64,000 nucleotides of DNA from Rebecca billardiae RCC1528 (Eukaryota > Protista > Haptophyta): the NCBI GenBank assembly GCA_965240325.2, contig OZ251223.1, positions 2,356,001 through 2,420,000 of the forward strand. The letters run 5' to 3'. The number at the start of each line of letters is the position of its first letter. Positions within the stretch are counted from its first letter, which is position 1. Positions 46,703 to 59,215 of the stretch are shown in pieces. The notes beneath the pieces are model-generated. The model had not been told where the DNA came from and ran no database searches. It saw only the letters and a program-made list of their open reading frames with translations. The translations under genes and the position numbers were made by a program.

Positions 46703-46900
46703 GGCGGGTAGGCGGCGGCGGAGGGCGGTCGGCGGCGGTGTCGGCCGATGAGCGCGGCTTCGTGGCTTAACGGGGACGGGGTTGAGAAAAATAATTATTG
46801 GCGGCCTTTGATCGGTGATCCAATCTCAATAGCTGAACACATTCTGAGATCACCGCGCACGTCCAGTCTGCCGGGGGGACGCGATGTGAACCGCTCTCTC

Positions 46901-48366
46901 ATCAGCCTGAAACGGCCGAGCGGGCTCGACGCGAGCCCGCTTGGGGAAACAGCAGCAGTGCGTTCCACCCGCCGGAGTGCACGCGACCCCTTGGCGGGCC
47001 CTCGGGCGCCAACCGTTGCGGCCTATTGGCTCGTACCGCGTGGGGGGGCGTAGGGTGGACCGATGAACCCTCTCGCACCGCCCGGGCCGACCTCGACACC
47101 CGTCACTCGCTCGCGCGCGGCCGCGGAGCCGCACGAGCGCACCGCCGAGCACCAGGCCGGCACCCGCGCCGGCCAAGCTGGCGAGAATGGCGCTGATGAA
47201 TGGCGGCGAAGGCGCGCCAGCGTTGCGCGCACGAGGAATCACCACGCTCCGCCTGCCGCCACCGCCCCCGCTGTCATCTTGCGCCCTGACCCGCCTCCTG
47301 AGCGGCATGCGCGGTGGGCTGGGGAGTGCCAGGCGGCCATGCTGATCAGCCGCCGCCACCATGGCGCGCGCGCTCACGGCGCAGCACCTCCTGGAGGTAG
47401 TTCCGTGGCACAACGCCAGTGAAGATAAGCACCGTCGCTTGCGGCTGCGATGCGCGCCTTGGCGCGCCGAGACTGGCAACGGCAGGAGATGCATCTGCCA
47501 CACACCGCTGCTGACTGCGAAGTGCGGTAGACCGCAGACAACGCACTCTGCGCAGAGCTCGGCAGCAGCCTCAAGCCTGGCCACACAAACACTCAGGACA
47601 CAGGCACCAGCGCCCGTGCGCGGCAGCTTACTCAGGGACTGGCCTTCTGACATGTCTAGGCAGCTATACAGTACCGCCATGTAACACACAAGTAGCACGC
47701 GCGGGCTGGAACTGCGGTGCCAACCAAGGTTTGGAGCCGCGTCAGCTCGGGGACGCCGCATGTCCTCGGCGCACAGCACCAGCTGCCACCTTCCGCAGTC
47801 TGCGAAGGGCGCTGAGGCCGCAACAGCTCACTGACACACACATGGACCGTGACAAAAGTCCACAACAAGCCACATGCCACTTGAGCCGGGTCCACGCGCG
47901 CGCGCCATGGTGGCGGCGGCTGATCAGCATGGCCGCCTGGCACTCCCCAGCCCTCCGCGCGTGCCGCTTGGGAGGCGGGTCAGGGCGCAAGATGACAGCG
48001 GGGGCGGTGGCGGCAGGCGGAGCGTGGTGATTCCTCGTGCGCGCAACGCTGGCGCGCCTTCGCCGCCATTCATCAGCGCCATTCTCGCCAGCTTGGCCGG
48101 CGCGGGTGCCGGCCTGGTGCTCGGCGGTGCGCTCGTGCGGCTCCGCGGCCGCGCGCGAGCGAGTGACGGGTGTCGAGGTCGGCCCGGGCGGTGCGAGAGG
48201 GTTCATCGGTCCACCCTACGCCCCCCCACGCGGTACGAGCCAATAGGCCGCAACGGTTGGCGCCCGAGGGCCCGCCAAGGGGTCGCGTGCACTCCGGCGG
48301 GTGGAACGCACTGCTGTTATCCCGGTGGCCCTCGCGGCGAGGGCCACTCGGCCGTTTCAGGCTGAT
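46901..48366. mobile_element. 1.47-kb non-coding foldback element
   Basis: Arms 46901-47372 and 47897-48366 are near-perfect reverse complements; terminus ATCAGCCTGAAACGGCCGAG; ~525-bp unique spacer. Confidence 0.85.
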
Positions 48367-48495
48367 TAGACGTGGCTGACAATGAACGGTGCGAGCTGTG
48401 TAGGTCACGTGGCGGCCGAGGGCACGAGTTTGCACATCATTCTGCCCTCGGCCCGCTGCGAACAGGATGATGATCGCCAGTGGCAGCGATTCCGA

Positions 48496-50473
48496 CTACT
48501 TTGACTTGCCACCGCTGCTCTTTGTCGCAGCCGCGGCTGCGCCGGCGCCTGCGCCTGCGCCGCCGGCTGCACGCTCGCCCATGCGCACGAGCGGGGCTCC
48601 GTACACCACGGGCGCGAGCAGCGAGCACAGGTTGGTGATCGGTGGCCGCTGCCCGGGCTGCTCGTCCACCGCGAGCTCGAACGCGACGCTCAAGTCGGCG
48701 TCGGGCGTGGCGGGCGTCATCGGCCTGGACACGGGCTTGCCCGCGCCACCACCCTGGGTGCTCGGGCGCGAGCTGGTCCGGGAGCCGGCGGCGGTGGAGC
48801 GCCGCGCGGCCCGGCCCGAGCCCGGCGGCTTGCCCCCGGCGCCGCCTGCCGGCACGGGCAGCCCCGCCTCCGGCTCGGCGGCTGCCGGCTGCGGCGGCGG
48901 CTCAAGCAGCGCCTTCCGCCCGATCGCGTGCACGGCCTCGGCCACGCTGAGTCCGCCGTCTGCCAGCTGCGTGAGCACGGTGATGAGCAGCTCGCGGTTG
49001 TCCGAGGGCGTGCTCGCCTGCGACGCGCGGGAGGGCGGCCACGCGCGCGGCGCGCGTCAGACGCCGCGGCGCGAGGGGGCGGAGGCTGCAGCCGCACCCG
49101 CCGAGCGCGCCGTGGCGGTCCAGGTCGGGGCGCGCCGCCCCCTCCGCGCGCGCGTGGCACGCACCCACTGGTTGAGCACGACGCAGAGGGCACCACGCGT
49201 GGCGAGGAGCAGCGCCGAGTGGTACGGCTGCTCCAGCTCCAGCCGCGCCGCGCTCTTCTTGTTGTCCAGCTTGCCCTGCCGCCGGATCGATTCCTGCGCG
49301 GCGCCGGAGCCACCGGTGGCGCGTGCGCGCTCGCGCGTGAGCGCGCGTCCGCCTCGCAGTCGGAGTCGCGGCGCGGCGCGCGGCGCGCGGGGGCGCGCGC
49401 GCACCTCGGTGTACAGCTGGTCGCACAGCAGCGCGAGCGCGCAGCTCTCGAGCCCCGCCGTCGCGACCGCCGACGGCGGCGCATACGCGAGCAGCCTCGA
49501 GAGGCCCACATACAAGAAGCCGCCTCCTTTCTCCAGGGCGGCCTGCCAGTCGCCCGGCGCCGGCTGTGTGCTGGCGCCGCTCAGCCCGGGTGGCCACTCC
49601 TTCGCGGCCCAGGGCACCATGCCGCCGCGCTCCTTGAGCACGTCCGCCTCGAAGCGCGCGCGCAGCTCGTCCGCCTCGGCCACCGGGTCGAGCACGTACG
49701 ACCAGCCCTGCTTGCTCAGCACCGGCCCGCCGCCGCCGCCGCCGCCGCCGCGCGCGAGCGCGCCCAGCCTGCGCGCCACAAACGCGCACGAGAAGTCGCG
49801 CGAGACGGAGGCGATGTGGTGGCGCGTGGCGAGGCGCAGGCCCTCGAGCGGCAGCTCGGCGAGGCGCGCGTCCACGCTGAGCACCAGGTGCGTGCTCGCC
49901 GCGCGCCCCTCCCTCGCCGCCGCCGCCTCCTCCTCCGCCGTCGGCGCCAGCACTGCCTGGAGCTCGGCCGCGTCCGTGGTGCGGCCGAGCAGCGCATTGC
50001 ACTCGGCCAGGAGCGCCTCGAGCGCCTGCTCGTCGGCGCCGCGCTCGGCGCCCGCGGTGGACGGGCGCGAGTCGGGCGCGCCGCCCTCGCCGCCCGCCTC
50101 GCCATCGTCGTCCGTCGGCGCGCTCGAGCCCGAGCCCTCGCGCGTGCGCTGCAGCCGCCGCCGCTGCAATGACGCGCGCAGCTTGCGCGCACTCGCGAGC
50201 GCGCCGTGCAGCGCGCGCAGCTGCAGCGGCGCGCGCACGAGCGCGACGCGCGGCGTCGGCGGCGGGGCCTCGACGCCGCCGGCCTCGGCGGCCGCCGCCG
50301 CCGCCGCCGCCGCGCCCTTGCCCCCGCCCGCCCCCGCCCCCGCCGACCCATCCTCCCCCGCGCCCAGCGCGCGCGCCGCGAGCGCAAACAGAGCGTCGCC
50401 CGCAGCGGACAGGGTGAGACACAGCACGCGCACGCCCGACCCTGGCGGCAGCTGGCCGAACTCGACGGAGGGG

Positions 50474-50508
<35 letters not shown>

Positions 50509-53500
50509 CTGCTGCTCGGCACCGCCGCCGCCCTTCCCGCCGCCCTTCTTCCCGCCGCCCTTCCCGCCCGCCGCCGCCGCCCCGGACGCGGGCCGCGGCG
50601 CCGAGCCGGCGGCAACGGCCGAAATCGACGCTGCCGCGGCCGCGGCCGCGCCGCCGTCGTCGCCCGCCTCGGCCTCCGCCTGGTCGCCGACGGCGTCGCC
50701 GTCGCCGCCGTCGAGCAGGGCGTGCAGCGGCGAGCGCGGCACGCGCAGCGCGCGCCACGCCGGGCTCGACGCGTGGAGCGCCGCCTCGACGGCCAGCGCG
50801 GCCGCGAGGCGCGGCGGCTGCGGGCGCGGCGCGCGCAGCGAGCGCTGGTGGCACAGCCTGCGCCGCTCCGCCGCGCCGGGCGGGCACGCGCGGCTCCACA
50901 GCGCGCGCGCCTGCTCGGACACGTCGAGCGCCTGCGCGAGCACCAGCGCCGCGCCCGCCTCCTCCTCGTCCGCGCGGCCCACCGCCTCCGCGAGCGCGCG
51001 TGCCGCCCTCGCCTCCGTGGTTGCCAGGGCGTGGTGGCGCGCGAGCGCGCGCGCGCGGCGCAGCGCGGCGCGCGCGCGCGCGCGCATCGGCGGCAGCTCG
51101 GGCGCGGAGGCGGGCGCCGCGTCGGCCGGCTCGGCGTCGGTCGGCTCCGTCAGCGACTCCGTCTCCGCCGCCTCCGCCGCCGGCGCCGCCTCCGCCGCCT
51201 CGAGCGCGCCGCCGCCGGGCGCCCACGCCGCGGCCATCTCGCCACCAAAGCGCGCAAGCTCGAGCAGAGCGCGCCCGCGCACCGCCTCCGCCTCCGCCTC
51301 GAGCGGCGTGCCGGCGAGCAGCCCCGCGGCGGTGGAGGCGTGCGCGGCCGCGCGGCGCGCGTGCGACGCGTCCGGCGCGAACGCGCCCTCCGGCGTCATG
51401 AACGCGCGCACCGCGTCGTCGAGCGCGCGCAGCCGCTCGGCGCGCGCGCCGCCCGCCGCTGCAGTCGCCGTGGGCAGCTCGGTGGCGGCCGCGGCGCCCG
51501 CGTCCGCGCCGCCGGCGGCGGCGAGCTTGGGCGGCGGGAAGTCGGGGCGCCAGTGGGCGGCGCGCAGGACCTCGACCTCGGCCTGGAGCAGCGCGCGCGC
51601 GAGCTCGATCCGCGCGCGCACGTACAGCACGCGGCCCAGCGCGCGCTCCGCCGGCGTGCGCACCGGCGCGGGCGTGAGGCGCGTGCTCGACACAAACGAG
51701 ACGCGCTCCGCGCACGCCTGCGCGCGCTCGGCGAGCTCGGCGGCGCGCGCGAGCGACGACTCGCGCACGGCGAGGGGCGAGAAGAGGCCGCCCTCGTCGG
51801 GCAGCGGGAACGTCTCGCACAGCTCGGCCGCGCACGCCAGCGCCTCCGTGCACTCCACCAGCGCGCTCAGCGCGCCGAGCTGCTCGGCGGCGGCGAGCGT
51901 CGCGCCCAGCGCCTCGCGCGCGTCCGCCTCGGCGCGCATCGCCGCCTCCGTCTCCGCCGCCATCACCTCCGCCGCCGACGACATGCGGCTGGCGGAGGAG
52001 GTGAGCGAGCGCTCGGCGGGGGGCGAGGACGGCCTACTCCCGCCGCCGCCGCCGCCCGCGCCGCCCGCGCTGCTCACCTCCGTCCCCGCGCCCGTGCTCG
52101 GCGGCGCGCCGATGGCGCCGACCGCGGCCGCGCGCGTGCGCTCGGCGCGCGCGCCGTACGCCCGGCCCATGGCAAGCAGCAGCACAGCGCGCGCGCGCTT
52201 CGCGTCGACGGCGGACTCGGGGTGCTTCTCGGCGAAGGCGTGGAGCGCGGAGGCGCAGCGCTCGAGCGAGCCGATCGCCGCGTCGGTCGCGCCCGCCTCC
52301 GACTCCTCCACCGCCGCCTCGTCCACGTACGACCCGAGCGCGGCCGCGGACGCCGACCAAAAGTCGACGGTGGCGCGGCCGGCGAGCGCGTGGCACTGCG
52401 CGCGCGCCTCGACGCGCGCGGCCTCGGCGGGCTCGCCCTGCGCGGCGAGCAGCGCGGCGCGGTGGTGCTCGGCCCACGCGAGCCGCTTCTCGTCGCCCAT
52501 CCGCTCCGCGTACGCCCTCGCCTCCGCGAGCAGCGCCTCCGCCCCCGCCCACTCGCCTTCGGCCGCCAGCACGGCCGCGAGCTCCAGCCAGACGTGCGGT
52601 GCGGCCGGCAGCCGCGCCGCCTCCACCGCCGCGTCGGCGTGCACGCCGGTGGGCGGCGCGGCGCCGGCGTCGCGCGCCTCGCGCACGGTCTGCTCGAACA
52701 GCGCCGCGTCCGCGCGCGCGCGCGTCACCGCCTCCGCCGAGAGCCGCTCGACGGGCGCGGCGGCGCGCACGGCCGCGGCCGCGAGCGGCAGGCCGAGGCG
52801 GTCGCACAGCGCGGCGCGCCGGCGCGCGCACAGCCCGACGAGGTGCGGCCCGGCGGCGGCGCCGTCGGCGGTGGCGGGGAGGATGTGCGCGGCGATGTGC
52901 TCCGCCGTGCGCAGCACCACCGCCGTCTCGAGCTCCAGCCCCGCCGCGCTCAGCGCGCCGCGCATGAAGTCGAGGTAGTGCAGCGTGAGCGCCGGACGTT
53001 TCACGGAACGTACCGAGATGCACGAGTCGCGCCGGTCGGCGGCCATCAGCTCGAGCAGCCGGTCGGAGGGGGCCCAGGTGAGCCACGCGGAGGGCTCGGC
53101 GGGGACGGCGTGCGTCGGCGCGCCGAACGCGCCCGGCACGAGCGCCGTGTCGCGCACCACCTTCATCTCCGCCGGGTCGCTCGTCGCGCGCAGCCGCTCG
53201 CGCGCGACCGCGCGCGCCTCCGCGACCGAGGCCGCGCTCGCGCTCGAGATCCACATCCGCCCGAGGTACGCGGCGGCGACGGTGAGCAGCTCGACGCGCG
53301 CGCCGAGGGAGGGCGCCATGCGCGCGAGCATGCAGTACACGCGCATCAGGATCTCAAAGTGCCGCACGCCCAGCCCGCTCCCGCCGCTGCTCCCGCCCTG
53401 CCCGCCGCTCCCGGCCACGCTGCCCGAACCGACCGAGGTGGCCGCGAGCTTCTCGCCGTGCCTCGGCCCTCGGCCGCCCACGTGCGCGTTCGCGCCGGCG

Positions 53501-56500
53501 GCGCCCATGCCGCCGAGGATGCCCGAGGCGACCGAGCCGCCCGCGATCGAGCCGCGCTTCCCGCCCAGACCCGACGGCCGCGTGCCCACGCCCGAGGCGA
53601 ACGAGGCCGAGTCGAGTCCGGAGGGCCCGGCGCCTATCTCGCTGAGCAACTGCGACATGCCGTCGCCGCCCGCAGCACTCTCCGCACCGCCGCCCTCGTC
53701 GCCGCCGCCCTCGTCGGCCTCGTCGTCGAGGTCCATCAGCAGGTCGACCGCCGCGAGCATCTGGTCCTCCGCGTCCTTCGACGGGAACCCCGACGCGAAC
53801 AGCCACTCGCCGAACTCGACGTACACGTTCGCCTGCGCCAGCGGCTCGCCCGCCAGCGCGCCGAGCGCTCGCCTGAACGCCGTGAGCGTCTCCGCGCGCG
53901 ACGGCGCCGCGCGCGCGAGGGCGAGCCAGACGGACGCGCGCACGTCGGGCTTGGAGTCCTTGAGCCGGGCCATCTCGCCCGCCACGAGCCGCCCGCGCCC
54001 GCCCTTCACCATCAGCGTCACCCGCGCCTCCCACAGCGGCTCGTGGCACGAGGGCGGCAGCGCGCTGAACGCCTCGTCCAGCGCGGCCAGCCCCTCCGCC
54101 CACAGCGCCTGCTCGGAGAGCGAGAGGAGAACGAGGCTGTACAGCTGCTGCTGCAGGCGCGCGGTGGCGGGCGCCTCGGCCTCGTCCGACTCCGAGTCCT
54201 CGTCGTCCTCCGCGCCGCCGCCGCCGCCGCTCCCGCCGCCGCCCCCGCCGCCGCCGCGCGACACGACGAGCGCGCCCGCGCTCGCCGCGCGCCGCATCGG
54301 GTCAGCGCCGCCGCGGCTGCCGCTTGCGGCGCTTGCGGCGCTCATGCGCGAGCCGGAGCGGAGCACGCCGGAGGGGCCGGCGGGCGCGCCCGAGACGGGG
54401 CGCGGCGCGCGCGCGCCCGCCGCCGACGCGCGGCGCAGCACGTCCAGCACGCGGCGCACCTCCTTGGACGCGAGCGCGCGCGCGGCGGGCGTGCGCGCGA
54501 GCGGCAGCGTGTGCCCCCAAAACGCTTGCGCAGCCGAGAGCACCATGCGCGGCAGCTGGGCGCGCTGCGCGTACTCGGCGGCCTGCGCGAAGTGCGCGGC
54601 GGCCTGCTGCCGCAGCTGCTCGACGAGCGTGCGCGCGTGCCCCTCCTGGATCAGCGAGCCCAGCGCCGCGCCGTGCAGCCACTCGACGAGCGCGAACCAG
54701 CGCCACTCGGACGGCGCGATCGGCGGCGCGGACGGCGGCGCCGCCATCCGCGCGCGCAGCAGCGCGAGCGCCGCCTCGCACGCGCGCACGACGACGTGCA
54801 TGCGCTGCAGCGCGAGGGCGCGCTCGGCGAGCTGCGCCCACAGCTGCGCGTGCAGCGCCACGCCCGTCAGCCGCGGCACCACCGCCGCCGCCGGCTGCTG
54901 CTGCTGCTGCTGCGCGCCGTCCTCCGCGCCGCCGCCGTCCGCGGCCGAGCCGCCGCCGCTCGGCTTGAGCAGCTCTTCGATCGCGCTCAGCCCGCCGGCG
55001 TCCGTGCGCGCGCCGAGGGTCATCGCCTCGATGAGCGCGATCGCCTTGGCCTCGGGGTCGGCCGCGGCGACGACCCACGGCTCCTTGCTCCCCTGCGCGA
55101 TCTGCACGCGCACCAGCGTGCGCACCGCCTCGGCGTACGCCGCGGGCCTTCCCTGCGCGACCGTGCACGCCCACACGCACGCGTCGGCCGCGGCGCCGAG
55201 CTCGCCCACCGGCGTCGGCGCGGCGGAGGCGGCGGCCGCCGAGCCCTTCTTGCCCCGGCCGCCGGCGCCACCGCCTCCGGCGCTGTCGGGCTTGGCGGGC
55301 GGCGGGGCCGCCTTGGGCGCCGCGCCGCCGCCCTTCGCGCCCGACTTGGTCTTCGTCAGCGGCGTGGGCGGCGGCGCGATCGCGACAGCGCCGCCGCCGC
55401 CGCCCGCCGCCGCCTTGGCCGCGGCCGCCTGCTGCGCCGCCGACGCGGCCGCGGCGGCGGCGGCGGCGTACTGCTCCTCGTCGTCGTCGGGCGGCGGGCG
55501 CTTGTCGCCGCCGTCGCGCGCGAGCGCGAGCTGCGCGCGCGCCAGCGCGTTCGCCAGCGCGCACGCCAGCTGGAGCGACGGCAGGTCGGTGCGCATCGCG
55601 CTGTCCTCGCTCGCGCCGCCGAGCGCGCGCAGGTGTCGCACGGCCTCGCGCGTCGCGTCGTACAGCTCGAGGGGGAGCGCGCCGCCGGTGCGCGCGGCGT
55701 ACGCGAGGGAGTGGTGGTTCCAGAGGTGCACGCACCCGTTGAGCAGCAGCCACTCCTCGCCGAGCAGCCGCGCCAGCCGCATCCCCTTCATCAGGTGCTC
55801 CAGCGCCGCGCGCTCCGCCGCGGCCGTGCCCTCGTCCACGTCCGCCGCCGACGCGTCCGCGTCCGGCGCCGGCCCGCGCACGTACCAGCTGGCGGGCGGG
55901 TGTGGCGCGCGCTCGGACTCGTCCGGCGGCGGCGTGGCGGCCTCGGGCGGCGGCGCGTGCGCGCTCTCCGCGCCCTCCGCGAGCTTCGTACCCTCGCCGC
56001 CGGCGCCGCCGCCGCCGGCGCCGGCGCGCGGCCGGTAGCACGGCGCGCGTCCGCGCCTGCTGAGCGCGTGCACGTGTGTCTCTGCGAGGGCAAAGTGCGC
56101 CTCCGCCATCGCGCGCGTGACGCGCGGCTCCGCGTGCGGGCTGGGCGCGAGGTCGAGGAGGCGCGGCGCGATCTCGTGGACCAGCTCGGTCATCCGGTCC
56201 TTCCACGCCGCGCTCAGCATCTCGGCCCACAGCAGCGCGCGCTCGCGGGCCTCGTCCGCGCCCGCGTCCGGCCGCAGCGGCGCACTGCCGAGCAGGCGCG
56301 CCGCCTCTGCGAGCGCTTGCTTGCGCAGCCGCGCGTCCGAGGTGGAGCGCGCGCGCTCGAAGCGGAGGTACGCCTGGATGTCGGGCGCGTCGTGCTCGGC
56401 CCACACGTCGGTGCGCAGCGCCAGCCGCTCCGCCAGCGGCTGCAGCGTGCGCACCAGCCGTGTCTGCCCCTCCACGTCCGCCACGTCCAGCGCCAGCCCC

Positions 56501-58100
56501 TTGGACACGTGCGCCGCCGCCTTCTGCAGGAACTCCGCGCCCACCTCGCACCGCGCGAGCTCGGCGTGCAGCTGCGCGCGGAGCTCGGAGAGGGGCGAGT
56601 CGATGGCCTCGAGCGCGGCCGCGGCAAGCTTGAGGTGCCGGTGCACCAGCGGCAGCAGCTCGGGCTGCAGCAGCGGCAGCAGCGTCGAGTGCATCAGCAG
56701 CACGACCTCGGTCACGAGCTCGGGCGAGTTGCACCGCTGCGCGGACGTCAGCGCCTCGTCCAGCCGGCGGAGCGCCTCGGTGCGCACGCCGACCATGCGC
56801 CGGGTGTACACCTTGGACTCGGCGGGCGCGCCGTCCGCCGGCGCGTCCAGCCGGCCGATCCGCACCACCTCGCGCACCAGCTGCGCGCGCACGCGCACCT
56901 GCAGCGAGTGGGCCAGCACCACGCGCTCCGCGCACGCGTGCGCGAGGTCGAGCAGGCGCAGCTCGGCCGCGACGCGGCCCGCGAGCGCGACGAGGTCCTC
57001 GTGCGGCGCGGGCTCGCGCAGCGCGGCGACGGCGGCGGAGCTCGGCGTGCCGCCCGCCTCCGACGCCGCGCGCGCCACCTCGGCGAGCGCCGGGTCGACG
57101 CCCGCCAGCACGGCGAGAAGCTGCGCAGCCGCGTCTGGCGGAGGCGCGCCGCCGTGCTCGACCGTCGCCGACGCGCGCAGCGCGGCGCACTGCGCGAGCG
57201 CCTTGAGCCGCGGCGCGGACGCGCGCTCCTGCACGAGCTGGCGCAGCCGGGGCACGTCGACGCGCGAGAGGTGCAGCTGCACGAGGAACAGCCGCTCCAC
57301 CGCCTCCGCGCCGCACGCGTCCGCGAGCGGCGCGGCCGCGGTCGCGACCGCGAGCGCAGCGTTGCCGTCCTCGGCGTCCGCGTGCGCGTACGCGAGCTGG
57401 ATGGCGAGCTGGAGGCGCCACGCCTTGTCCGGCTCGTCCGCCTCCGCGAGCGCGCTCGTCACCGCCTTCAGCGCGCCCACCAGCGCGCACCGCCGCCCGG
57501 CGCGCAGCAGCACGCGGCTGATCCGGTACAAGATGACAGAGCCGTTGTACACGAGGAACCGGTACGACGGGCGCGTGCGCGCGAGCGCGAGGCCGCGCTG
57601 GACCCACTCGAGCGCGCCGAGCACGCCGCTCACGAGCTCGTCCGCCTTCAGGTGCGCCACGCGCGAGTACGCCACCTGCGCCACCGCGTAGTGCGCGCGC
57701 ACGAGGAACTGGTTGGCCGGCGGCCGCGAGCGCAGGAAGCGCTGCAGGTAGCCGTCCGCCTCCTCGTGCCGCTCGAGCTGCGGCGTGGGGGCCGGGGCAG
57801 GCGCGCGAGGGCGTGCGAGTCAGACTGCGGACGGCATGCGCGCGAGCGGCCGTGCGGCGGAGCGCGCGCTCGGCGCACGCGGCTCGGCCGCGTGGCCTCG
57901 CCCGAGACGCTCGCGCGCACCTTGATCGCCGCCTCCGCGCACAGTAGGAGCGCCTCGGGTGAGAGCGAGTCGACGGAGGCCAGGCCGAGCTCCTGCGCTG
58001 CGTCCACCTCGCGCAGCGCCGCGGCGAGCGGCTGCGTCGGATCGGCGTGCTCGGGCCGAGCCGCGTCGATGAGCGCGCCCAGCTTGTGCTCCAGCAACAT
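48496..58100 (-). CDS. CFAP46: Cilia- and flagella-associated protein 46 (TTC40), ~3000 aa, at least 4 exons
   Basis: N-term SPEALLLCAEAAIK|L...NQFLVRAH...YRFLVYNGSV; C-term LLLATRGALCVVLNQW...VVYGAP. Frame-consistent introns at 57778-57920, 49294-49404 and 49018-49164. Confidence 0.85.
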
Positions 58101-58278
58101 GCTGCAGTCGACGGGCGCTAACGGCCCCAGCATTTGATATGGGCAGCCGGACCAGTCAGGGCAACCTCCGGACTGCAGCCCGACCGGGACTGAACAGCCA
58201 CTCGGCCGGGGCGTGGTGGCGGCCACTCCCTCGGCGGGCGCCAACCGCCAACCGGTCGGTCCGAGGGAGCGTTGGCAG

Positions 58279-58722
58279 ATGCCGCTAGCCGATGTGGAGC
58301 CATGGTATCCGTTCTTCGTGGCATGCATCATCACTGACGCGCTCGCCTTCGTCTTCTTCATCTTCCACCCCGACCATCTTGCTGACGCGGGCTTTGCTCC
58401 AGAGGCGGACATCATCAAGAAGCACGAGCCTTGGTTCAGGATTTTCAGCGGAGCCGTGCTGGCGAGTGTAGTGTGTGTGGCCGCTGCGCGCCACGATCCC
58501 TTCATTTGGGGACCGATCTATGCATGGCTGCTCTCGTCCAAAGCGATCTGGCTGTGCAGCACTCTACTCCCGCGCGCGCTCGGCGGCACGCTGCTGCGTG
58601 GGATGAGGCCCGCGGGGGCAATCGTGCTTGCTATGGCGGCTCTGGACGTCTTGCCACTGCCCTGGGTACTCCAACGCGGCCTGTGCAGGCGGTCCGTGGC
58701 GAGCTCGTCCAAACAGTCCTAG
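58279..58722 (+). CDS. Small ~4-TM membrane protein of unknown function
   Basis: 147-aa ATG ORF with four hydrophobic segments, head-to-head with CFAP46. Confidence 0.65.
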   Translation: MPLADVEPWYPFFVACIITDALAFVFFIFHPDHLADAGFAPEADIIKKHEPWFRIFSGAVLASVVCVAAARHDPFIWGPIYAWLLSSKAIWLCSTLLPRALGGTLLRGMRPAGAIVLAMAALDVLPLPWVLQRGLCRRSVASSSKQS

Positions 58723-59167
58723 CCCTTGGGCCATCCATGGCGATATATATGCTGCTGAAGTCCCAGCGGAATCGAGGGCAATCCAGCCGTGACCCGTTAC
58801 TCCCGGCGGTGTACGAGGGCCGGCGGGCCCGCCGCGCGCCCGCGCACTGCGGCCACTAGCCAGTCTGAGCAAATGATAGTAAGGCAACCCCCCGCGACGC
58901 CCACGCACTTCTCGCCCAGGCCGAGAGCTGCGCCTAAATGACGACGGTGGCGTCTGGCGAGGGCCATCGTCATCGGACTGTTCCAACATAAGAGTGTGAT
59001 GGCATCAACTGATCAAGTAGCCTAATCTGACTATACGCGTTCCGGGCATCCGAATTCAAATTGTCGGCGGTGTGCCAGCCCGGCTGACGCCAATTAGAAT
59101 CATATATATTAAAACGTCTTAAATACTATAGCTACTCGGTATAGCAGTAGACAGCCCTGTTAATAGG

Positions 59168-59169
<2 letters not shown>

Positions 59170-59212
<43 letters not shown>
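59170..59212. repeat. (TA)n microsatellite at element junction
   Basis: Directly visible. Confidence 0.95.

Positions 59213-59215
<3 letters not shown>

Noticed and set aside
48467-58137. Very long plus-strand and alternate-frame ORFs (1503, 2643, 1017, 1101 aa)
   Set aside because: Shadows of the extremely GC-rich CFAP46 coding sequence; Arg/Ala/Ser low complexity with no motifs.
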